This document shows, piece by piece, positions 8,585 to 16,407 of a stretch of 33,138 nucleotides of DNA. Source of the stretch: an uncultured Candidatus Saccharibacteria bacterium (GTDB lineage: Bacteria > Patescibacteriota > Minisyncoccia > JACPKW01 > UBA11713); contig CAZPXU010000001.1 of NCBI GenBank assembly GCA_964590055.1, positions 1 to 33,138 of the forward strand, written 5' to 3'. Every line of letters begins with the position of its first letter. Position 1 is the first letter of the stretch. The position numbers and the translations under genes were made by a program. A model generated the notes under the pieces. The model was not told where the DNA came from. It searched no databases and saw only the letters and a list, made by a program, of their open reading frames with translations.

Positions 8585-10428
8585 TTTATTTTTTCTTCTT
8601 CACCAATATTTACTATGGACGGTTCTGTGATAGAATATTTGCGAACAAAATAAATATCGCTGAAATGGGGCGTTGTATTAATACCTCGAGTTTTATCATA
8701 TCTGCCGCCTAAATTATAATTTGTTATAGAGATTGGCGTAATATTCTGATCGGTTTTGGAACCAATACCAAGTTGGCCGGATTTATTGTTTCCCCAACAT
8801 TTCATTGAACCGTCATTCAATAAAACGCACGTATGATAAGATCCTGCCGCCAGAGCCACAGCGTTGCTTACGCCTAAAACATTTATTGGCGTATTTGTAT
8901 CTACCGTGGTGCCGTTACCTAGTTGGCCATTGGAATTGCTGCCCCAGCATTTTACTGTGCCATCAAAAATAAGTGCGCAAGTATGATAATCTCCCCCAGC
9001 GACCGCTATAGCGTTTGACACGCCAACTACAGTGGTGGGCGAATATCCATGACCCGGTTCTTTGCCGATGCCTAACTGCCCACTACCATTTCCACCCCAA
9101 CACTTCACTTTGCCGTCATTAATTAAAGCGCAAGTAAAATTAAGTCCAGCGGAAACAGCAGCGGCGCCTGATACGTCTGGCACTAAAGTTGGAGTATGTT
9201 TGTCAGTTCCGGGCCCGAATGTGCTCAAATCCATACCAAGCTGTCCTTCAACGTTCCATCCCCAGCATTTTACCGACCCATCATTAATTAAAGCGCAAGT
9301 GTGCGTTCCACCACCCGAAATGGCAATTGCATTGTTAAGTCCCACAACACTAACTGGCGTATTTTTATTTTGTGTAGTTCCATCTCCCAGTTGACCATGT
9401 GAATTTGAACCCCAGCATTTTGCACCACCGTCAGATGTCATCGCGCAAGCATGTTGTCCACCGGTAGCTAGATATCTTGCGCTGGAAAGTTCTAAAACAG
9501 AAACTGGCGCATTGCGGTAGGTGTTAGTGCCATCTCCCAATCTGCCATAAAGATTATTTCCCCAGCACTTTACAGAGCCGATCGAAAGAAGTGTGCACGT
9601 AAATCCGCTACCACCAGCAATCGCTATCGCCGAACTTATGCCAGAAACAGTTGCCGGAGTAGAGGCAGAGGAATTCGTGCCATTTCCTAATTCTCCATCA
9701 TTATTTGATCCCCAACACTTAATCGCTCCTAAAACTAAACCGCAAGTATGAAAACCTTGAAACAAAACTGGCTTTTCCCCGGCTTCAATTGGTCCTTCAT
9801 TTTTTAAATCAAAGGCCAAAAAAGTATTGCGGCCGTTGCTAGTCAAAGCGGCCGATAAGTTTCCATAATAAAAATAAATTTTGCCTCCGGAGGCGGCGAT
9901 AGATGGAACTCTTACCCAAACTTTCGTATTTACAGAATTGCATCCGGATTCTATCCAGTAGCTAAGCAGAGTGGCGCCATCCGAAGCCGTAAATCGCGCG
10001 TCACCGCAATCCGAACGCATTTTGCCGGACGAGATGAGAGCGGCGGTATCTAAATTGACGGCAACTTGATAGTCCGCCAAATTTGAAGTCGCGCTCATCA
10101 ATAAGGATTTCCTGTAACTCCAGCCGGAAAGTGTTCTCGGGCCGGGAGGTTCAGACGGCGGAGAATCAGCGATTTGAGACGGAGGGGGCGGCGGTGTTGC
10201 CGCGGATGGCGGCGTTTGGACTTCTTCCGCCGGCGGCGGAGCGGAGGGAGGCGGACTCTGCTTTTGTCGAGCGACTTCTCCGTCCGACCCAGGAAAGAGA
10301 TTAGGAAAAGGATTCTTGAATTCGGCTTCCGGCCCAAGAGAAGAAGGAGCGTTAACTACATCCACATAAAACCAAATGCCGCCGAAAACAATAAGGGCGG
10401 ACGCTATAACCACGAGCAATAACTTCAT
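8581..10428 (-). CDS. TM-anchored surface protein: Pro-rich linker, DUF2341-like domain, seven RCC1 repeats
   Basis: The N-terminal helix is followed by a linker, QSPPPSAPPPAEEVQTPPSAATPPPPPS. The DUF2341-like stretch reads GWSYRKSL...DARFTASDG..LLSYWIE....KVWVRVPSI...IYFYYGN. There are seven (V/I/A/M)KCWG.N..G(Q/E/R)LG repeats. At DNA level ccccagcaytt recurs every 150-165 nt. Confidence 0.85.
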   Translation of the reverse strand: MKLLLVVIASALIVFGGIWFYVDVVNAPSSLGPEAEFKNPFPNLFPGSDGEVARQKQSPPPSAPPPAEEVQTPPSAATPPPPPSQIADSPPSEPPGPRTLSGWSYRKSLLMSATSNLADYQVAVNLDTAALISSGKMRSDCGDARFTASDGATLLSYWIESGCNSVNTKVWVRVPSIAASGGKIYFYYGNLSAALTSNGRNTFLAFDLKNEGPIEAGEKPVLFQGFHTCGLVLGAIKCWGSNNDGELGNGTNSSASTPATVSGISSAIAIAGGSGFTCTLLSIGSVKCWGNNLYGRLGDGTNTYRNAPVSVLELSSARYLATGGQHACAMTSDGGAKCWGSNSHGQLGDGTTQNKNTPVSVVGLNNAIAISGGGTHTCALINDGSVKCWGWNVEGQLGMDLSTFGPGTDKHTPTLVPDVSGAAAVSAGLNFTCALINDGKVKCWGGNGSGQLGIGKEPGHGYSPTTVVGVSNAIAVAGGDYHTCALIFDGTVKCWGSNSNGQLGNGTTVDTNTPINVLGVSNAVALAAGSYHTCVLLNDGSMKCWGNNKSGQLGIGSKTDQNITPISITNYNLGGRYDKTRGINTTPHFSDIYFVRKYSITEPSIVNIGEEEKIK

Positions 10429-10928
10429 TGCATTGGGCCGACGTTTTGCATCAGCGGATTATAATATCTCCCCGCCCCCTGCTCCATAAGCGAAGCAAAA
10501 GCGTAAATCCCGACAAGTCCGCCGACGGCGTTAATCAGCCAAAACATCATACCAAATGCGGATCCCAGAAATCCCCCCAAAACGCTGAAGAGCAGCCAAA
10601 ACACAATCCCCGGGTAAAAATAGAGCTGGAAAAGATTCTGGAAGTTAAACAGCCAACCGAAAATAATGCGGGCAAGTTTCAGCCAAAAATCAAACGCGTA
10701 AGCAAAAATTGCCCCGCCTACGGCGCCGCCAACTGCTCCCCAAACAAGGCTGCTGATAATACTGCCAAAGCCGAAACCTGGCGCCAAAGGCGCCAGTCCG
10801 CCTAAAAACCCAATCCCCGGCACAACAAAGAAATTGACCGCGATATAACTGCTAACGCCGGTAATAACCGCGTAAACTCCGGAAGCTATCGCCCCCCAAT
10901 AAATTGTCGCCTTCATTCGTTCGTCCAT
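10425..10928 (-). CDS. hypothetical Gly-rich polytopic membrane protein
   Basis: ORF-track ORF. I prefer the ATG at 10928 to the TTG at 10934. The stop forms an ATGA overlap with the RCC1 gene start. Confidence 0.6.
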   Translation of the reverse strand: MDERMKATIYWGAIASGVYAVITGVSSYIAVNFFVVPGIGFLGGLAPLAPGFGFGSIISSLVWGAVGGAVGGAIFAYAFDFWLKLARIIFGWLFNFQNLFQLYFYPGIVFWLLFSVLGGFLGSAFGMMFWLINAVGGLVGIYAFASLMEQGAGRYYNPLMQNVGPMQ

Positions 10929-10974
10929 AAACAATAATTTGTTAAATTAATAATATCTCCACAACTAAGGCGTC

Positions 10975-12615
10975 CTAAAAAAAGACATCAAAGCAAAAGC
11001 GCCGATTTGTCGTGCCGTCGCAACCGGCTCCGTCACCTCCGTTTACGCGATCCGAAGCGCAAAGTTTGGTCTTGTCATCATCATTTTGTAAAGCGGGATT
11101 ATCAGAATTTTCCAAATTCGCGCCGAGGTGGTAAGAATTGGAAGCGCACCGGTAATAATAGTATGGCGCGCCATCGAGGGGATCAACCGGTATCTTATTA
11201 AGATAATCCGGGGCGAGTTTTTCAAGGGAAGCGGCATACGCTCCGGTGGCGTCAAAATAAAGTTCATCAGCCAACTGTAGCTGTCTCACGTCCGCGACGC
11301 GGCGGGCATCTCGCGCTTTTGCGCGATCCGATTCCAATTCAGACTCAGAAGTAAACGCATTATATAACTCCGTGTTCGACGGAGAGGCGGCTTTTATGAA
11401 TTCATCAATGAAAGCATAGCTTAAAACTCCGCCAATGCTCTCCAGTTCTCCCAAAACCACGCTGGTGGGGATCCCCAAAGTGCAGCCGTCTTTCTCCAAA
11501 ATAGCGATTCCGCCGGAGTTACCGTGCTCAATTTTAGCCGAGGTTTTGATAAAGCCGGGGCTGTCAAAACCGCTCACAATTCCCTCCGTCACCGTCATAT
11601 TTCTGCCGCCGATTCCCGGGTAGCCGAGGATAAAAAGCTTCTCGCCGATCTCAATCTTTCGCTCTTTTTTACAGGTTTTTTGGGACAGCCGGTTAATGTC
11701 CGGAAAAGTGCGCAGACGGGGAAAAAACGTTCCGTCTTCTTTCTGGCCCGGAGCGGTTATTCTCAAAACCGCGTAATCCAATCCAACCCAGCGTTCCCCA
11801 CCGATAAGGGCCTCGGCTTGGTCAAAAGGGACAATGTCGTCCGAAAAATACGCGGACTCATAAAACGTGCCGTCGGGATTCGGAAAATAAATCCAGCAAT
11901 TCTCAACCAGCGCGCCGTTCTCGTCACGGACCACGTGCGCATTCGTCATAATCCAGTGCTTGCCGTCCGGGAAATAGGCCGAGACGCCGCTCCCGACGGA
12001 AGTAAAGCCGCCGTCCAGATCGCAGTTCAACTGCACCACCGCCGGGATAACGGAGGTGAGTTTGAAATCCTGCGGAATATCGGCCTTCTCCGTAAGCTCG
12101 TCGGAGAGCTTCGGCAGAGTAAGTTTCGCGATTTTGCCGACGACGTAATCGAAGGTCGAAGGGAAAAAATAAAAAAGCGCAATCCCTATAACAATCACGG
12201 CCGTGACTGCGGAAATAATCAGCGCGGCGACATTGCGTCTGGGCTTGAAAACTATAATTGGCGTTGCTTGGGGAGACAGGGAGGGAGCCGACGGGGAAAC
12301 TGATACGGCAGCTGGCGTCGGAGGCAGAGTCGGCAAAGGAGAAGCGCTGGCGCCGATTTCTCTCCGAAAGAAAAGGAGGGCAATGAAAACGGAGAGCAGG
12401 ACAAAACCGAAAGCAACGTAGCCGAGATATACATTCATCCCGTCCGATACGGCAACTTTAAAATATCCCAAAAGAAAAAAAACGAGAGCCGGAAGAAGCG
12501 CTACGACTCCAAGGGTTCTCGCCGCCGCCGGGGGAAGCTCGCTTTTCCCCGAAACCTTCACGCCTCCTTTCACAAGGAGGAGAATGCCGAGGAAAGCAAG
12601 AATAAGGCCCGGCAT
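10975..12615 (-). CDS. membrane-anchored trypsin-like (S1) serine protease with a C-terminal pilin-head-like domain
   Basis: About 4 N-terminal TM helices. The catalytic triad context is TNAH(227)VV, GLD(280)YAVLRI and HGNS(367)GG. The C-terminal ~115 aa (KARDARRVADVRQLQLADELYFDATGAY...L.KLAPDYLNKIPVDPL) resemble the post-helix region of type IV pilins/pseudopilins. Confidence 0.8.
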   Translation of the reverse strand: MPGLILAFLGILLLVKGGVKVSGKSELPPAAARTLGVVALLPALVFFLLGYFKVAVSDGMNVYLGYVAFGFVLLSVFIALLFFRREIGASASPLPTLPPTPAAVSVSPSAPSLSPQATPIIVFKPRRNVAALIISAVTAVIVIGIALFYFFPSTFDYVVGKIAKLTLPKLSDELTEKADIPQDFKLTSVIPAVVQLNCDLDGGFTSVGSGVSAYFPDGKHWIMTNAHVVRDENGALVENCWIYFPNPDGTFYESAYFSDDIVPFDQAEALIGGERWVGLDYAVLRITAPGQKEDGTFFPRLRTFPDINRLSQKTCKKERKIEIGEKLFILGYPGIGGRNMTVTEGIVSGFDSPGFIKTSAKIEHGNSGGIAILEKDGCTLGIPTSVVLGELESIGGVLSYAFIDEFIKAASPSNTELYNAFTSESELESDRAKARDARRVADVRQLQLADELYFDATGAYAASLEKLAPDYLNKIPVDPLDGAPYYYYRCASNSYHLGANLENSDNPALQNDDDKTKLCASDRVNGGDGAGCDGTTNRRFCFDVFF

Positions 12616-12616
12616 A

Positions 12617-13066
12617 TTATTGAGGCGAGGGTTCCAGCGTTAAAACTTCGCGTCCGGTCTGATTCGACAAAATTGAGGACCATTCCCCTTCGAGCTTGCC
12701 CTCGCCCACCAGGCGGAAAGAAACCACGCCGCTATCCTGAATATCCCCGCCAGTGATGTCAACATAACCGACGCTCAAAACCGGTCCCGCCAGAATCCCG
12801 ACACCGCGCTGGTCCTGCCGTCCGCCTATGTCCCATTGGAGTTTAAAAACCGCGCCCGTTTTTTCTATTTTCACTTTACCTTTATAGTTCGGCTCTTGGG
12901 CAGTAGCGGAATTATAGCCTGCGAGATCGTAAATTCCCGCTTTCAAGGTTAAAATTTCCTGCGGTTTGGCAGTTTTGTTGACCTCGCTTAAGGGAAAATA
13001 AAATCCGGCCGCAAAAGCCGCCACCGCCACCACGAGTACGACAATTAAAATTGAAATCTTGTTCAC
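12617..13066 (-). CDS. hypothetical TM-anchored protein (149 aa)
   Basis: GTG start, with an N-terminal helix ISILIVVLVVAVAAFAAGFYF. No family recognised. Confidence 0.55.
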   Translation of the reverse strand: MNKISILIVVLVVAVAAFAAGFYFPLSEVNKTAKPQEILTLKAGIYDLAGYNSATAQEPNYKGKVKIEKTGAVFKLQWDIGGRQDQRGVGILAGPVLSVGYVDITGGDIQDSGVVSFRLVGEGKLEGEWSSILSNQTGREVLTLEPSPQ

Positions 13067-13083
13067 GGAATTGGAAATTAATC

Positions 13084-14055
13084 TTATAAACCTGCGACTA
13101 CGCGGCGCACATGCTCTACCAAAGTCGCCGTGTAGCCGGCTTCGTTGTCGTACCAGGAAAAAACTTTGACTAAATCGCCGCCCAAAACTTGGGTGAGCGT
13201 CGCGTCAATAATCGCGCCGTAGGGCTCGCCCACTACGTCTGTGACGACAATCGGGTCTTCAACAACTTTCAAAACATGTTCCCAACGCGGTTTTGCCGCT
13301 TCTTTTTTGAAAAGTTCGTTTACCGCCTCGCGCGTAGTTTTTTTCTCAACTATGGCTGTGGTCACGCTGATAGAACCGGTAATCACCGGCACGCGGATGG
13401 ATTCCGCCTGGAATTTTCCTTCCAATTCCGGAATGGATTGGATTACGGCTTCGGCCGCGCCAGTTGTGGAGGGAATAATATTTAGCGCGGCCGCCCGGCC
13501 GCGCCGCGGATCTTTCATGTCCGGCCCATCAACTAATTTTTGCGACGCGGTATAGCCGTGCACCGTGGTCATCGCGGCTTTTTTGATTTCAAAATTTTCC
13601 AAAAGAATTTTCATAACCGGCGCCACGGAATTGGTGGTGCAGGAAGCATTGCAGGTCAAAGGATGACCCTTCGAAAAAAGCTCGTCGTTCACGCCGACCA
13701 AAGCCGTAACCACATCCCCAGTTGACGGAGCCGTAATCACCACTCTTTTTGCGCCGGCGTCCAAATGCACTTTGGCTTTTTCGCCGTCCGTAAAAAAGCC
13801 GGTTGATTCAACAACAATATCCACCCCCAATTTTTTCCACGGAAGCTTGGCCGGATCTTTTTCCGCAAGAAATTTAACGCCTTTGGGCTCTTTTAGATAA
13901 CGCCCGTAAACAGAGTCATATTTAAGCAAATAGCGAAGCGTTTTTTCGTCTCCCAGATCATTTACGGCAATAATGTCAAAATCCTTAAGCCCAAAAGCGG
14001 CTCGGAAAAACGACCGCCCAATCCTCCCGAACCCGTTTATCGCGATTTTTGCCAT
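13084..14055 (-). CDS. gap: glyceraldehyde-3-phosphate dehydrogenase
   Basis: Motifs: MAKIAINGFGRIGR and the catalytic NASCTTNS; WYDNEAGY near the C-terminus. Confidence 0.95.
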   Translation of the reverse strand: MAKIAINGFGRIGRSFFRAAFGLKDFDIIAVNDLGDEKTLRYLLKYDSVYGRYLKEPKGVKFLAEKDPAKLPWKKLGVDIVVESTGFFTDGEKAKVHLDAGAKRVVITAPSTGDVVTALVGVNDELFSKGHPLTCNASCTTNSVAPVMKILLENFEIKKAAMTTVHGYTASQKLVDGPDMKDPRRGRAAALNIIPSTTGAAEAVIQSIPELEGKFQAESIRVPVITGSISVTTAIVEKKTTREAVNELFKKEAAKPRWEHVLKVVEDPIVVTDVVGEPYGAIIDATLTQVLGGDLVKVFSWYDNEAGYTATLVEHVRRVVAGL

Positions 14056-14059
14056 ATCT

Positions 14060-15319
14060 TTATTTTAACTTACCCGAGAGGTTTTCCAAAGCTACGGCGT
14101 AAGCCGCGAGACGCAGGTTTGTTTTCAGTTCATTTTTCTTCGCCCAAATTTTCATGACCGCGCTTTTCATAAATTTCTCGATTTCACCGACCTCCTGCTC
14201 TTTCTCCGGCCTCTGGTTGTTTTTATTGGCTCTCCATTCCAGATAACTCCCCACCACTCCCCCGCCGTTCGCAAGGATGTCCGGAATTATTAAAATCCCG
14301 CGATTCTCCAAAATTTCATAGGCATCTCTGGCCACCCCGCCGTTGGCCATCTCCAAAATCACTTTCGCCCTGATCCGGCCGGCGTTGGCGGCGTTGACGG
14401 CGCCCTCAATCGCGGCCGGCACCAGGACATCGACTTCAAGTCCCAAAAGTTCTTCATTGGAAATTACACGGCAGCCCTCCTCGGCGGCAAGCCCCTCGAT
14501 GGGTTTAAAGTAACAAACGTTCCGGCTAAGCCGCCCCTGCTTCTCGCGGTCTTTGATTACCTTCCCAATCTCAAGACCGGAGGGAGCGTAAAGAGCGCCT
14601 TTCGAATCTGAAACGGCTACGACCCTAAAACCGTTTTCATCGAGAATTTCGGCCAAGTGCGAACCGACGTTTCCAAAACCCACTATCGCGGTGCCAAGCC
14701 CCGCCGGATCTCCGCCCAACAACTTTAAAATTTCGCGAAGCGCGACATATCCGCCCAAGCCCGTGGCGGCCTCGCGCGCGGGAGATCCGCCCGCCTGGAC
14801 GGGTTTTCCGGTAAAAGCGGCCGGCTCCTTTTTGCGGCAAAGTTTCTCATATTCATCGAGCATCCAGGCCATGACGGTGGTATTGGTGTTGACGTCCGGC
14901 GCCGGCACGTCTTTATCCGGGCCCAGAACTTCAAAAAAATAATCCACCCAGGCGCGCGACAGGCGCTCGATTTCGCCCGAGGAAAGCTCCTTGGGATTTA
15001 CGCGAACCGCTCCCTTGGCTCCCCCGAACGGCAGGCCCATGGCGGCGTTTTTAAAGGTCATTAAAAACGAAAGCGCCTTCACCTCCTCGAGAGAGCTTGC
15101 GGGGTGGTACCTAATGCCTCCCTTAAAGGGGCCCAAAGCATCCGAATACTGGACCCGCCAGGCCTTAAAAATTTCAACTCGGCCCGAATCGCGCTTGACG
15201 GGAAGGTTGGCCTCGATAATCCTTTGCGGCTCTTTAAGAATTTCCAAAATTTCCCGACGGGTCCCGGTGAGCCGCCCCGCTTCCTCCAAAAGTTTCACTT
15301 CGTCATCAAAGAAATTCAT
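14060..15319 (-). CDS. gdhA: glutamate dehydrogenase (Glu/Leu/Phe/Val dehydrogenase family)
   Basis: 419 aa. Motifs: GPFKGGIRYHP, PFGGAKGAV, and the NAD(P) site VGFGNVGS. Confidence 0.85.
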   Translation of the reverse strand: MNFFDDEVKLLEEAGRLTGTRREILEILKEPQRIIEANLPVKRDSGRVEIFKAWRVQYSDALGPFKGGIRYHPASSLEEVKALSFLMTFKNAAMGLPFGGAKGAVRVNPKELSSGEIERLSRAWVDYFFEVLGPDKDVPAPDVNTNTTVMAWMLDEYEKLCRKKEPAAFTGKPVQAGGSPAREAATGLGGYVALREILKLLGGDPAGLGTAIVGFGNVGSHLAEILDENGFRVVAVSDSKGALYAPSGLEIGKVIKDREKQGRLSRNVCYFKPIEGLAAEEGCRVISNEELLGLEVDVLVPAAIEGAVNAANAGRIRAKVILEMANGGVARDAYEILENRGILIIPDILANGGGVVGSYLEWRANKNNQRPEKEQEVGEIEKFMKSAVMKIWAKKNELKTNLRLAAYAVALENLSGKLK

Positions 15320-15422
15320 CCCGTTAGAAATCTACGGCTAATTATAGTTGTAACTAACATAGTAAATGAGTTTTAAGGTCGATAAAAAAATAATCTCATC
15401 GGCATAATATTTCTAACGGGAT
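15318..15422. repeat. perfect 14-bp inverted repeat flanking the trxB-gdhA spacer
   Basis: atcccgttagaaat at 15318-15331 is the exact reverse complement of atttctaacgggat at 15409-15422. The left arm covers the A and U of the gdhA AUG. Confidence 0.8.
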
Positions 15423-15433
15423 ATGCCGCTCTT

Positions 15434-16390
15434 TTAACCGTTGGGTTTTTCCGCGGCCGGGCTTTGGTGGTCCCTTTCTAAAATATAATTGTAAGCCGAG
15501 AGCGCGGCCCGCACGCCGTCCCCCGCCGAGATATTATTCTGCTTGTAGAGTTCGTCCGTAATGTCGCCGGCCGCGAAAATTCCGGGCCGCGAGGTTGCGG
15601 CGCGCCGATGGTCCAGCGCTATTTCTCCAAACTGGTTTATTTCCACCAAGCCCCTGGCAATCTCGGAATTCGGCACCGAGCCGATTTCCACGAAGATCCC
15701 CTCCAGCTTCAGTTCTTTCGTCTCGCCGCTCTTATTGTTCGCAAGCACGACTCCCTCGACGAATTTATCGCCTTTAATCTCCCTAACTTCGGTGTTAAAC
15801 ATAATCTCAACTTTATCCGAAGCCGTCACTTTCTCCTGAGTGATCTGATCGCCCCTCAAAGCATCGCCGCGCGAGACAAGATGGATTTTGGCGGCATACG
15901 GGAAAAGGTCCACTACCGCCTCCAGGGCCGCGTTCCCGCCGCCCACCACCGCAACCGCCTTGCCGCCGAACAGGGGCGCGTCGCAAGTGGAGCAATACGC
16001 CACTCCTTTTCCTTCAAGTTTATCCTCGCCGGGGACTTTAAGGCGGCGGCGTCTCGCTCCGGCGGTTACGATCAAGGCTTTGGCCTCAAGTTTTTCTCCG
16101 CCTTCCGTCGTCACGGAAAAGTTTTTTCCGCTTTCCTCTATTTTTGCGGCCTTCTCCGGCATTTTAACTTCAACCGTCTCCTGCGCCCGGACATGCTCCT
16201 CCATCTTTTGGGCGAGTTCAAAACCCGAAATGGATTTAGTCCCGATCCAATTCTGAATGTCGTCGGAGGTTATGGACTGCCCGCCGAAAGACTCGGTTAT
16301 CAAAAGAGTGTTCAGGCGCTTGCGGCCCGCGTAAACCGCCGCCGCCGCTCCGGCGGGGCCTCCGCCAATAATGATTAAATCGTATAACAT
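15434..16390 (-). CDS. trxB: thioredoxin-disulfide reductase-like flavoprotein
   Basis: Motifs: IIIGGGPAGAAAAVYA, the redox motif CSTCD, VVGGGNAALE, GIFAAGD. Length 318 aa. Confidence 0.8.
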   Translation of the reverse strand: MLYDLIIIGGGPAGAAAAVYAGRKRLNTLLITESFGGQSITSDDIQNWIGTKSISGFELAQKMEEHVRAQETVEVKMPEKAAKIEESGKNFSVTTEGGEKLEAKALIVTAGARRRRLKVPGEDKLEGKGVAYCSTCDAPLFGGKAVAVVGGGNAALEAVVDLFPYAAKIHLVSRGDALRGDQITQEKVTASDKVEIMFNTEVREIKGDKFVEGVVLANNKSGETKELKLEGIFVEIGSVPNSEIARGLVEINQFGEIALDHRRAATSRPGIFAAGDITDELYKQNNISAGDGVRAALSAYNYILERDHQSPAAEKPNG

Positions 16391-16407
16391 ATGAATAACA
16401 TATGAGT

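Noticed and set aside
11524-12303. 259-aa plus-strand ORF
   Set aside because: It is antisense to the S1 protease gene. The composition is low-complexity and Arg-rich, with no recognisable domain.
15608-16378. 256-aa plus-strand ORF
   Set aside because: It is antisense to trxB, which carries clear FAD, NAD and CxxC motifs. This is a shadow ORF.
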